Source: Candidatus Latescibacterota bacterium
Lineage (GTDB): Bacteria > Latescibacterota > UBA2968 > UBA8231
Assembly: GCA_965203355.1 (NCBI GenBank)
Contig: OZ241889.1
Location: 3,264,001-3,328,000, forward strand
Direction of reading: 5' to 3'
DNA length: 64,000 nt
Shown here: piece by piece, positions 1-9,271 of the stretch
Layout of the letters: every line of letters starts with the position of its first letter
Position numbering within the stretch: position 1 is the stretch's first letter
Program-made: the position numbers and the translations under genes
The notes under the pieces: model-generated
What the model saw: only the letters and a program-made list of their open reading frames with translations
Databases searched by the model: none
What the model was told of the DNA's origin: nothing

Positions 1-124
1 CGTAGCCGCTGCCGACAAAAATCCCATCGGCCAGAACCATTCCGCCCAACGGCGCACCGCCTAACCCCAACCGCGTCACCTCCACGCCCGTACTGCCAAT
101 CGCTACCTTTTCAAAAGGGTTCAT
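1..124 (-). CDS. Aldo/keto reductase, N-terminus (runs off window edge)
   Basis: Manual translation from ATG at 124: MTPFEKVAIGSTGVEVTRLGLGGAPLGG, a typical AKR start (sugar dehydrogenase type); starts just after the amidohydrolase stop. Confidence 0.75.
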   Translation of the reverse strand, partial: MNPFEKVAIGSTGVEVTRLGLGGAPLGGMVLADGIFVGSGY

Positions 125-126
125 GC

Positions 127-1023
127 TCACTCCAGTCCGTAGAGCCGCTCGGCATTGCCGGCGAACAACTTAGCCTGCTCTTCCGCTAGCCGCCCGGCGA
201 CAATCTCCCGCAGCGCCGCCACCCAGGCCCCCAAACTCGCCCCAAAGTTGCACACCGGCCAGTCGCCGCCGAACACCACCCGGTCCGGCCCAAAGCGGTC
301 CAAGCAGTGATTGACCGTCGGCGCCAGCGCATCGGCATTCCACCCGGCGGAGGCCCGGGCGACGATCCCGGATATTTTGCAGACTACGTGTTCCCAGGCG
401 CCCAATGCGGCTATATCGCCCTGCCACTGCGCTTTGGTGTGGCTGAAGGGATTGGCTGGCTCGGGTGTTGCCGTGCCATTGACGATCTGGGGATCGGCGT
501 TGCCGCAGTGATCGACGATGAAGCGCGTGTCCGGGCACTGCTCCACCAAGCGGACCGCGTCCCCTAACTCGCTCGGCCGCAGACACAAATCAAAGCTCAG
601 GCCGATCTCGCCCAGATACTGCACATCCCGCACGAAACGCTCCTGCAAGCATCGGCCCGGCTCGGCGTCGGGCACGTGCAATACCTGCCGCACACCCTTG
701 ATAAAATCGCGGTCCTTGAAACGGTCGATATAGGCGCGGAAACCCTCCTCCCCCGGGCTACCGCCGATCACCGCGCCAGTCATTGGGTTGTCGTCGGCAC
801 CGCACAGGCCGATGACAAACTCCGCTTCCGCCGTGCGCTGCTCAGCGGCGACGTCGACTTCCATGTAAATGGTGCGGGCCATACCAGCCCCCGCGCTCGC
901 TGCCAAGTAATCGCTCATCAGGTAATTTTTCCGCAGCGACTCCATGCCCTCGCCCTCCAGCCACGGCAGGGTGAATCGCGCCAAGTCCCACAGGTGTTGA
1001 TGCGTATCGACGATAGGTAGCAT
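127..1023 (-). CDS. Amidohydrolase_2 family protein (L-fuconolactonase-like)
   Basis: DTHQHLWD, DHCG, CKISG and FGGDWPV motifs. Confidence 0.85.
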   Translation of the reverse strand: MLPIVDTHQHLWDLARFTLPWLEGEGMESLRKNYLMSDYLAASAGAGMARTIYMEVDVAAEQRTAEAEFVIGLCGADDNPMTGAVIGGSPGEEGFRAYIDRFKDRDFIKGVRQVLHVPDAEPGRCLQERFVRDVQYLGEIGLSFDLCLRPSELGDAVRLVEQCPDTRFIVDHCGNADPQIVNGTATPEPANPFSHTKAQWQGDIAALGAWEHVVCKISGIVARASAGWNADALAPTVNHCLDRFGPDRVVFGGDWPVCNFGASLGAWVAALREIVAGRLAEEQAKLFAGNAERLYGLE

Positions 1024-1036
1024 AATCCTTCCTTTT

Positions 1037-2539
1037 TTACGCTTCGCGTTTCAACGATGCGAAGACGGCTTCTATCCACTCCGGCAACGCTCCGTTCTCC
1101 TCCAGCGACCGGATTGCGGCGGCAACTTCTTCTTTGGCTAGGGTATCGAAAAAAGCCGTCGTCGGCACGAGGGCTTCGTTCAGATCATTGGGTTCAAACT
1201 TGTCCAGCGACCGACCGTATTGGCGCCTAGCGCGTGCGACGATCTGTCGGCCCATTTGCGATGCCAGATAGACGAACAAGTGCTCTACGTATGCGGCACC
1301 CAACAAGTTGGGTTGGAATCCATGATAGCAAGTCAAGTTCAATGCCTCGGTCTTGTTTAACACGACCTTGTAGCCGTTGCGCGAGAACACGCCGAACAAA
1401 AGGGGCGCCGGACTTCGCTGCTCGGTTTTGTACCACGGCGTTCTGTTTTTTGTCAAAAATCGCTCGTGATAGCCCGCGTTCTCCCCAAACCGGATGTAAT
1501 CCGCAGCGGCCTTGGAGGGCTTGCCAAGGACCGAGAACAGGAAAACGGGATTATCCGCAAAATCCTCACCCCTAAAAACGGCCGTGTTAATCTGCGAACT
1601 CTTGGCGATACAAGGTACGCACTCGGTCGGGCCGAGGCGTCTTGCTGCCACAAGCGCAGGATGTAGGACGAAAAACGCATTCGCACCGGTGGCAATGCCG
1701 CGGCCAAACCTGCCAAAGTGTGCGAGCGGGGTCGTCTTTTGGCGATCGACGCGGAACGCTGTTCCCGCGAAATGAGGCAACCACTTGGCTTGCGGATCCA
1801 AGGCCGAGCAAGGAACTTCAGCCACGGGTTGCAGGCTCTCGAATGCGGCGAGTTCGTCTATGGATTGCAAGCGGAAAAACCGGACGGCGACACGACAAAC
1901 CGCTTTGTCGTATAAAATGATGCCCACAGACGTAGTGGCATCCGGGAAAATGTCTTGCTCGCAATCAAAGCTGATAAGGCTGCACAAGTGCCCGGATTCA
2001 ACGAGTTTTTGCTTTACCAATGTGCCGTATCCCGCGTTCAAAAACTCGAGCGGCATGATATACGCCAAGCGACCGCGCTCAGCAAGTTCAGCAAGGGACT
2101 TGAGCAAAAAGGCCGAAGCGGTGTTCGTATAGCCAGAAAGCTGGATGCCGATCTTTTGCTCAAACGCTCGAATGACCCCATCTCTGTTGAGAAACTTCTG
2201 AAAACGCATATACGGTGGGTTACAAACGATATTAGCGTATTGGCCCCCCCAAGCAAGCAAATAGTCTTCAACTGCAACAAAATCCGCACGTTCCTCTGTG
2301 TTGCGTTCCCAGAACTCGACGATGGTAGCATCCACTTCACATCCCGTGAACCGAACGTCAGCGCGATCGCCAATCGCCGCTCGAAATGCACCTAACCCAA
2401 ACGCTGGATCAAACACCGCATTCGCCCCTGAATCCAACACCCAATTCACCATAAAAGCGGCGACTGCATCGGGCGTGAAAAACTGCCCAAACCGCTTCTG
2501 GTGCTTCTCGCCAACTGCTTGCAGGTAATCAAGCCCCAT
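1037..2539 (-). CDS. N6-adenine DNA methyltransferase, gamma class
   Basis: GQFFTP, motif I DPAFGLGAF, motif IV NPPY, C-terminal target recognition region. Confidence 0.9.
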   Translation of the reverse strand: MGLDYLQAVGEKHQKRFGQFFTPDAVAAFMVNWVLDSGANAVFDPAFGLGAFRAAIGDRADVRFTGCEVDATIVEFWERNTEERADFVAVEDYLLAWGGQYANIVCNPPYMRFQKFLNRDGVIRAFEQKIGIQLSGYTNTASAFLLKSLAELAERGRLAYIMPLEFLNAGYGTLVKQKLVESGHLCSLISFDCEQDIFPDATTSVGIILYDKAVCRVAVRFFRLQSIDELAAFESLQPVAEVPCSALDPQAKWLPHFAGTAFRVDRQKTTPLAHFGRFGRGIATGANAFFVLHPALVAARRLGPTECVPCIAKSSQINTAVFRGEDFADNPVFLFSVLGKPSKAAADYIRFGENAGYHERFLTKNRTPWYKTEQRSPAPLLFGVFSRNGYKVVLNKTEALNLTCYHGFQPNLLGAAYVEHLFVYLASQMGRQIVARARRQYGRSLDKFEPNDLNEALVPTTAFFDTLAKEEVAAAIRSLEENGALPEWIEAVFASLKREA

Positions 2540-2750
2540 TTCGACTTAGTTGCGCGGAACTAAACGCTACCAAACGATTCCAGTCTATACGCCCATCGCC
2601 GGTGCAGAATTTTTTAGAGAACTCTATCGCTAGTCGGTTGACAACTGCTGCGCGACCCAACTCAAAGTCATCGTTCCGTTTCTTGGCACCGTGTCCTAGC
2701 GGCTCCATGATGCGAGTAAAGAAATCGGCCGCATTGGTGATAAGGTTCAC
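2529..2750 (-). pseudogene. C-terminal remnant of a type II restriction endonuclease (PmeII-like)
   Basis: IMEPLGHGAKKRNDDF...FC..GRIDWNRLVAF resembles, from recall, the C-terminus of PmeII-family proteins; only 73 aa; lies between two MTases. Confidence 0.55.
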
Positions 2751-3577
2751 AATGCCAACCGCAAATTCCGGGATTCTTGGTCGAGTTGCTGCCGGAGACT
2801 CTCGTAATACGGCTCGTGCATCTCAATGCCGATAACGTGCCGCCCTTTAGCAAGCGCGACAAACGCCGTCGTCCCCGAGCCAACAAACGGATCCAACACC
2901 ATATCGCCGGGGTCGGTGAACAAATCTATAAACCACGCCGGCAACCAACGCGGAAAAGCCGCACTATGGCTGCGATTGGCACATTCCGTAGCGCGATGCA
3001 GCACGTTGGTAGGATACACCTTATCGCGTCCCAGCCAGTTTTCCACCTTCTTGCCAAAGCCACTGCCGACTTTGGACTCGTCGCGCTGGCGATCGGCCGC
3101 GCTCAGGTTGTGCATCCGATGCTCATACCAGTCGCCCATAGGAACCATCACGGCTTCTTGGTTCATCTTGAATTTGCGCTGCTTGTTGAACTGCAATAGC
3201 CGCTCCCAAGAATCCCGGAAGCGATTCGGCCACTTGCCGGGATAGCAGTTTTTCTTGTGCCACACAAATTCCTCCGTCCACAGCCAACCTTGCTGCCGCA
3301 GGGCCAAGATCAATTCCAGCACATAAGTGTGCCGCTCCCCTTTAACGGCGCATTCCTTGATGTTTAGAACAAAGGTGCCGCTCGGCTTGAGGACGCGCTG
3401 CAGTTGCTCGGCAATCGGCAAAAACCAAGCCACGTAATCGTCCGGCTTCACTCCGCCATACGTGCTGGAACGCTGATTGGCATAAGGCGGCGACGTAACG
3501 ATCAGATCGACAGAGGCCGACTCGACACAGCCGAGCTCGGTGCGGCAATCACCTAACAAAATGGTAGAAGTAGGCAA
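2747..3577 (-). CDS. Beta-class N4-C/N6-A DNA methyltransferase
   Basis: TSPPY precedes DPFVGSGTT; likely TTG start at 3577 after an AGGAG RBS. Confidence 0.9.
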   Translation of the reverse strand: MPTSTILLGDCRTELGCVESASVDLIVTSPPYANQRSSTYGGVKPDDYVAWFLPIAEQLQRVLKPSGTFVLNIKECAVKGERHTYVLELILALRQQGWLWTEEFVWHKKNCYPGKWPNRFRDSWERLLQFNKQRKFKMNQEAVMVPMGDWYEHRMHNLSAADRQRDESKVGSGFGKKVENWLGRDKVYPTNVLHRATECANRSHSAAFPRWLPAWFIDLFTDPGDMVLDPFVGSGTTAFVALAKGRHVIGIEMHEPYYESLRQQLDQESRNLRLAL

Positions 3578-3797
3578 CGATCCATCTCCTTCAAATACAT
3601 TCCATTCATACACCCACTCCACTCCGACGCAAAGAACACCGAGCGATAGATTGCGGCGGCAGAACAGTTGCGGCGTACCGACGTTGGGATCAACGTATCT
3701 CAACTAAGAGAGGGGCTTTTAGCCCGTCAAGCAGCCGCGCCTTGCCCGCCCGCCTGCATCCCCTATATTCAGCCTCGCAGCGGATAACGCTGCGCCA

Positions 3798-3840
3798 CCC
3801 TTTAAGCACAGTCCTGCGAGGCTGGCAACGCCGCAAGGCG
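3798..3840 (+). promoter_or_regulatory. PyrR-binding RNA leader element
   Basis: CTTTAAgcacAGTCCtGcGAGGCTG matches the PyrR binding-loop consensus (CUUUAA...AGUCCnGnGAGGCU) directly upstream of pyrR; followed by a cgcc-GCAA-ggcg hairpin. Confidence 0.75.
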
Positions 3841-3885
3841 CGGCTGCTAAACCCCACCCTCCCCCACAGCCCGGAGGCCCACTCA

Positions 3886-4440
3886 ATGACCACCGAACTC
3901 CGAATCCTCGACGCCGACGATATGCGGCGCAGCATCGTCCGCATATCCCACGAAATCATCGAGCGCAACCCAAACCCCGCAGGACTCGTCCTCGTCGGCA
4001 TCCTCCGACGAGGCGTCCCCATCGCCAACCGCATCAGTTCCTGCGTCCAGGAATTCGAGCGCACACCCATTCCCGTCGGCGCGCTCGACATCAACCTCTA
4101 CCGCGACGACCTCTCCCGTCTCCCCCAGCCCGTCGTCCGGCGAACCGACATCCCCGTCGACCTCGACGCCAAAACCGTCATCCTCGTCGACGACGTCTTC
4201 TGCTCAGGACACACAGCCCGCGCCGCCCTCAACGCCCTCATGGACCTCGGAAGACCACGCGCCGTCCAACTCGCCGTCCTCGTCGACCGCGGACACCACG
4301 AACTCCCCATCCGCGCCGACTATGTCGGCAAGAACATCCCCACATCCAGCAGCGAGGAAATCCAGGTCCGCATCGCCGAAATCGACAGCACCGAGGAAGT
4401 CGCCCTCATCCGCCACGACCGGAATCTCTTGCCTTGCTGA
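3886..4440 (+). CDS. pyrR: Bifunctional pyr operon regulator / uracil phosphoribosyltransferase
   Basis: RISHEIIERN, LDINLYRDDL, VILVDDV, VDRGHHELPIRADYVGKN; ATG at 3886 after GGAGG. Confidence 0.95.
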   Translation: MTTELRILDADDMRRSIVRISHEIIERNPNPAGLVLVGILRRGVPIANRISSCVQEFERTPIPVGALDINLYRDDLSRLPQPVVRRTDIPVDLDAKTVILVDDVFCSGHTARAALNALMDLGRPRAVQLAVLVDRGHHELPIRADYVGKNIPTSSSEEIQVRIAEIDSTEEVALIRHDRNLLPC

Positions 4441-4505
4441 CCGCCGAATGAGGCGACCTTACGCGGCCGCTGCTTCACGGCGATAGCGACGGCTAGGACA
4501 GACGC

Positions 4506-4637
4506 TTACAGATAATTCGCAATCCGCTTGGGCTGCGTCGTCTCCATCGCCGCAATCACCAACGCAAAGCTCGGCAAATTATCTTCAATCCGCGTTGCCG
4601 ACGCCTCGCCGCCCTCCAGCCAATCTACAAACTCCTT
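4506..4637 (-). pseudogene. C-terminal fragment of a Gfo/Idh/MocA-like oxidoreductase
   Basis: Manual translation KEFVDWLEGGEASATRIEDNLPSFALVIAAME...YL*, with an in-frame stop upstream and no start. Confidence 0.45.
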
Positions 4638-4682
4638 TTAACAGCCATAAAGAATCTCCGAGAGCCTGATGGCTTTAGCCGT

Positions 4683-4783
4683 TCAGTGGCCTGTGGCCTG
4701 TGGCCTGTGGCCTGTCCCCGGCTCCCCCGCTCGGCGCGAAACTAACCACTGACCACTGACCACTGACCACTGACCACTGACCA
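4683..4783. repeat. Heptamer-array palindromic element, copy 1
   Basis: (GTGGCCT)x4, GC-rich spacer, AAACTA, then (ACCACTG)x5; the arms are roughly complementary. Confidence 0.85.
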
Positions 4784-4787
4784 AAGA

Positions 4788-7130
4788 CTAATAAGCCAAG
4801 GCGAGCGGCCGCAAAATCGCCGCGCTACCGCTCGCGGTCCCCGGGTCGATCCGGCAGAGGTACATCCCCGGTAACGCCAACGCGCCGTCCGCAACCCGCC
4901 CGGACCAGCGAAAGTGCCAACGTCCAACGCCCGCACGCCCCGCAAGCTGCGCCACCAACCGACCCGCGACATCGAAAATCTGCACGCGCGGCTGGATGCC
5001 CTCGGCCTTGAAAACCACAAAGCTGATCTCCGCTGCGTCGTTGATCCCATCGCCGTTGGGCGTAAACGCCACCGGCGCAATCTCCACGTCGCCGACGAGC
5101 GCAGACTGGACGGGCAGATCGGGCAACAACACGATATTGGCCCGCCGCGCGCTCGGCACGACCGATTGCCAGATCCCGGGACGCGCACCCAGCCCTAAAT
5201 CGAGCGCGAACAGCGCAGCATTGTCCCAGAGCCGCGCCGTAAAATCCACCTCCACCGAATCGGCGACCACGATGCGCGGCAACAAAACCAACAGGGTATC
5301 GCCGTTTAATCGCACGGCCTCGGGGGCTACCTCCTCCCCGCCGATCCGCAGGGCCACCTGGCCCGTGGTCGCGCCGGGAATGCGCAAGCGCAGGCGGTCG
5401 AAGCCGCTGTCCTGCCCGTCCGTGCTCGACCACAGCGCGTAGGTAAAGCGCGTATCCTCGTTGAGCCGGGCCTGGCGCGGCCAGATTTGCCCCCGCGCCT
5501 CTTGCACCAGCGCGTCGACAAATTCTATCGCCAGCGCCCGGGCAGTCGGCGCGACGTGCGGGGCGTCGGTCGCGAGGATCATCTCCAATTGTACGAAGCG
5601 GCGCGGACTCGCCGACTGGAACACCTCGCCCGAAGCCTGATACACATTGCTCCAAGCGTCCCAATCTTCGCCAACGACCCAAGTCGTATCAATCGGGCCT
5701 TTCAACACCTTGGGCAAGCTGTTCCACTGTTCCTCGGTGACCACATCGCCTTTGCGGTCGGAAAAAGTGTACCTCTCCCGTAGTGCATTGCCCGAGCGCG
5801 AGCGCAGTTGGATGCTAGTCTGCGGCGGCAGCTCGGCATCCCACGTCAGCCGCTCGATCACTTTGGGCCGCCCGTCGCCAGCGGCCGCCGCTACATTGAC
5901 AAAGCCCGAGCGCAGCTCCACCCGCGCCGGGTAGCCCGCCGAAAAGAGCATGGTCTCCAAGCCCCAACCAAAGCCTTGGGCGGTCCCGTCAATCTCGTGC
6001 CACAGCAGATAGCGGACTTTGCGCGGGGCGAATAAGTAGCGCTGATGAAAAATCCGCCCCAAACACTGGGGCCGGCAGCGATCTTCGACGAGCACCTCGT
6101 AATCGACCTGTTCGGGCACGGGCAACCCCGCCCCCGCGGCCGGGCGACCATCGGAAACCAAGAAAAGCCCACCCGCCGCCGAAGGATTGCCGCCTTGAAC
6201 CTGACTGCGCAGTCCCTCGCCTAACTGGCTGAAGTAGATGAAAAGTTCGTCGAGAAAAAACACCGCCCCCAAGTCCACCCGCCACCACACCCCGGCCTCG
6301 CGCCAGCCGCCTTCAGCGCTAGTCAACAGGGCAAAGCTGTCCATGTTGCCATCGAACATCCGGGCCGCGCCCGTGGTGCGGCCTCCCTCGAGAAAGCTGC
6401 CGCCGCGCTCGGCCGTGCCCAAGCTCACGTTATCCCCTACGGCCAGCACCTCGATTTCGGCGAGGGCCGCGTCTGAATGCTGCTCGTCGGCTTCGACGAT
6501 GATGTACTGGATCACCCGATAGCCACGCACGCGCTCCAGGTCCAAAGACGCATCCAACACATACGTGCTGTCCGTGCCCAAATACTCCAACGGAATAACC
6601 AACTCGGTCGCGGTGTTGGGCTTGGACGTGCGATAGATCGCTTCAAACTTGAACACATCGGCGAGCGCTTGGATCCGCGCACCCGAGGAGACAAAGACGC
6701 TAAATTGCCGCAAGGGCCGCGCCCCCTCGCGGTTGGGAAAGACGAGGCGGATTTGGTGTGCCAGCACCGGACGGCCCAAATCGATCTGCACCGACCACTG
6801 GTCGGGCGCGTCGTCGAGATCTGGCTGCCAGTAGGTGGTAAGATCGCCATCGATGACAAAGGCGGCGGTCTGCGGGCTGCTCTTGGCTTCCCAAATCCCG
6901 CCTACGACCTCGCCGCGCTCCTGCGTCGCATGGCGGAAGTCGCCGGCGTTGGCCACGGCGTTGATCTCCTTGCGGAATTTCCGCAGCCGCAGCCCGCCAT
7001 CGGCCCCGATCTGCACCAGATCCGCTGGCATTTGCCACGACTGCCACGCTGCGGCCCGGTCGAAGCGCAGTTCATCGGCCCAGACCGCGCCGATTCCCAA
7101 TAGCAGCGCGTACAACAAGCGCAGCGCCAT
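4788..7130 (-). CDS. Secreted protein with discoidin/F5-8-like modules and a C-terminal FlgD-Ig/CHU_C domain
   Basis: Signal peptide, IDGDLTTYW and VDLG motifs, FTPNGDGIND...IFDVAGRLV...WSG...PGMY tail. Confidence 0.75.
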   Translation of the reverse strand: MALRLLYALLLGIGAVWADELRFDRAAAWQSWQMPADLVQIGADGGLRLRKFRKEINAVANAGDFRHATQERGEVVGGIWEAKSSPQTAAFVIDGDLTTYWQPDLDDAPDQWSVQIDLGRPVLAHQIRLVFPNREGARPLRQFSVFVSSGARIQALADVFKFEAIYRTSKPNTATELVIPLEYLGTDSTYVLDASLDLERVRGYRVIQYIIVEADEQHSDAALAEIEVLAVGDNVSLGTAERGGSFLEGGRTTGAARMFDGNMDSFALLTSAEGGWREAGVWWRVDLGAVFFLDELFIYFSQLGEGLRSQVQGGNPSAAGGLFLVSDGRPAAGAGLPVPEQVDYEVLVEDRCRPQCLGRIFHQRYLFAPRKVRYLLWHEIDGTAQGFGWGLETMLFSAGYPARVELRSGFVNVAAAAGDGRPKVIERLTWDAELPPQTSIQLRSRSGNALRERYTFSDRKGDVVTEEQWNSLPKVLKGPIDTTWVVGEDWDAWSNVYQASGEVFQSASPRRFVQLEMILATDAPHVAPTARALAIEFVDALVQEARGQIWPRQARLNEDTRFTYALWSSTDGQDSGFDRLRLRIPGATTGQVALRIGGEEVAPEAVRLNGDTLLVLLPRIVVADSVEVDFTARLWDNAALFALDLGLGARPGIWQSVVPSARRANIVLLPDLPVQSALVGDVEIAPVAFTPNGDGINDAAEISFVVFKAEGIQPRVQIFDVAGRLVAQLAGRAGVGRWHFRWSGRVADGALALPGMYLCRIDPGTASGSAAILRPLALAY

Positions 7131-7134
7131 CTTC

Positions 7135-9153
7135 TCAGTAGATCAGGGTCAACGGGCGCAATCGACGCGCTCCGGCCCACTCGGCTTCAGGTGCGACTTC
7201 AACCAAGTAGATTCCCGGCGACAATAAAACCCCGCCCTCATCGCGCCCATCCCAGCGCACCCGCTGCGCCCCGAAGCGCTGCACACCCAAGGACCGCTTG
7301 GCTACTCGCCTCCCGTCGAGCGAATACACCTTGAACACCACGGGAACAGCCTCGGGCAACCCCACCAGTGCATAGCCGATGTCAACCTCATCGTGTACTC
7401 CGTCGCCATTGGGCGTCAGCACCCTAGTGGAAAAATCCAATCCCACCACCGGCCCGGCGCCTTGCCCGGCCATCCCCAAGACCCGCAGACCATTGGTCCC
7501 CAGCGCGGCACTGGCATCGCCCGGCTCAACGGGCTGGGGCAGCGCATCGCCGCCGTCATTATAGACCTCGCCCGAGAACGTCCAAGCCAGCGAGAACACA
7601 TCGGCGACAAAGACGACGCGCGCGCCTTGCCCGGCCCCGGGCCCGATCCGCTCCGGCAACACCACCGCTAGCTCCTCGTCGCCCTCGACCACGGCCAGCG
7701 GCGCGACCATCCGCCGGGGATTCCCCAACTCCAGCCGGATAAACCGAGCCTGCGTCCCGGTGCGGATCCGCAGCGCGTCAAAGCCCGCCTCCTCACCGGT
7801 AAATTCCCCGCGAATATCGTAGGCAAACTCGGCCGCTTGCCCCAGTGGCACCGCAACCAATCCTCCCGCTGGCTGGACCTCGGCCAACAGCGCGACCTCG
7901 GCCAAAACCCGGCGGGCCAAAAGCGGCGCGGTCTCAATCCACAGCGAGTCGAGCCGCACCCAGGCGGCAAAGTCCTCGCTTTTGAGCGTAATCCGCAACT
8001 GGAAATGGCTCCCCCCCTTGAGGTCCATGGCCTGCCCGGACTCGGCAAAGGGCCGCGACCAAAAAGACCAATGGTCGCTATCGTATTGTATAGAGGCGCG
8101 CATCCCCGGCCGGGGGTCGCGCAGGCGGCCAGCGCGCCAGCGCGGCTGTAGCTCCAAATCGTAGCGGCGGCGCGACACTACTTCCTCGCCGCCGCGGTCG
8201 GTGTACTCGTGGTAGATGTTCGGATCTCGGTCGCGCCCGGTCCGCACTTCCACCGCTACCCCCACCTCGGCATTGGCCGCCTCCACCAGTGCGCCATCGA
8301 CCACGCGCAACCGCGTCGCCGCCCAAGATAAGCGACCGAAGTTGCGGGGCGCACCTAAGTCGAAAATCCGCGAGCGGTACACCACCCGGCGCGGCACCCC
8401 CTCGCCAAAAAGCTCAAAATCCCCGATCGAGCCTTTGAAAGCCGCCCCAGAGCCCGCGCTATAGGTCTGCCCCTCGGCCGCATCCAACAGCGACGTCTTC
8501 CGCTTGTAGCGCACAAAGCGCACGTATTGCTTGGGGAACTCAATTTGCACCCGGGCGGCAAAGTTTTCGGCCACATCGGCAATGAGCGGGCCAATGCGCC
8601 GATACGGCTGACTGCCCACCAGCCAACTCGGGTCGCCTTCGGCCGCGATGGAGACCTCGTAGGCCGGCACGGCATCTTGGGCAAAGGGAAGGCCGTCGGC
8701 GCGAAAGCCGTGCGGCGGCGTAAAAAAACCAAAGCGATGGGCCGGTACCGGCACGGCCAGATCAATGGTGTACCAAACCGATTCGGGATTGGACGACACC
8801 GGCGGGTTAAAGGTCGTGCTGTCGCCATCGACCATATACGTGCCATTGTGAGCGGTGGTCTCGTTGCCTTGCGCCCCCTTCCAAACCCGGGGCGTCTCTC
8901 CTTCGACATAGGTCAACTCGCGTGGCTCTTTGAGCGGTTCCCAGCCGGTAAACAGCGCGAACAAGCTCTTGTCAGGCTCGATATAGACCGGCTGAATCGC
9001 GCCGGGGGCCGAGTCAAAATCGACGAGCACGACCAAGGAATCGCCTTCGCTCCAAGCCAAGCCCGCGCCGCCGATTTGCCAGCTCTGTCGCTGGGCATGG
9101 CCAGCCGTAGCCCAGCCAATCAGACCCAGCCACGCGCACGTCTTAATCGCCAT
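7135..9153 (-). CDS. Paralogous secreted protein with a FlgD-Ig C-terminus
   Basis: Signal peptide, IDLAVP, LTPNGDGVHD...WDGRDE...PGIY; start may lie further upstream, up to 9198. Confidence 0.75.
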   Translation of the reverse strand: MAIKTCAWLGLIGWATAGHAQRQSWQIGGAGLAWSEGDSLVVLVDFDSAPGAIQPVYIEPDKSLFALFTGWEPLKEPRELTYVEGETPRVWKGAQGNETTAHNGTYMVDGDSTTFNPPVSSNPESVWYTIDLAVPVPAHRFGFFTPPHGFRADGLPFAQDAVPAYEVSIAAEGDPSWLVGSQPYRRIGPLIADVAENFAARVQIEFPKQYVRFVRYKRKTSLLDAAEGQTYSAGSGAAFKGSIGDFELFGEGVPRRVVYRSRIFDLGAPRNFGRLSWAATRLRVVDGALVEAANAEVGVAVEVRTGRDRDPNIYHEYTDRGGEEVVSRRRYDLELQPRWRAGRLRDPRPGMRASIQYDSDHWSFWSRPFAESGQAMDLKGGSHFQLRITLKSEDFAAWVRLDSLWIETAPLLARRVLAEVALLAEVQPAGGLVAVPLGQAAEFAYDIRGEFTGEEAGFDALRIRTGTQARFIRLELGNPRRMVAPLAVVEGDEELAVVLPERIGPGAGQGARVVFVADVFSLAWTFSGEVYNDGGDALPQPVEPGDASAALGTNGLRVLGMAGQGAGPVVGLDFSTRVLTPNGDGVHDEVDIGYALVGLPEAVPVVFKVYSLDGRRVAKRSLGVQRFGAQRVRWDGRDEGGVLLSPGIYLVEVAPEAEWAGARRLRPLTLIY

Positions 9154-9271
9154 GTAACACAATGGCCCGATGAATTTAAGGTCCGACAAATGATGCAAAA
9201 TTCCTTATACTAAGTGTTTATTTGTAAAAATACCTCTTTTGTCCACATCCCCAACATTAAACGGCAAACCC

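Noticed and set aside
4683-4783. CRISPR array (also 39080-39204)
   Set aside because: Tandem 7-mers with no spacers and no cas genes
4742-5188. ORF ending in WSVVSGQWSVVSG
   Set aside because: Translation of the heptamer repeat, overlapping a real gene
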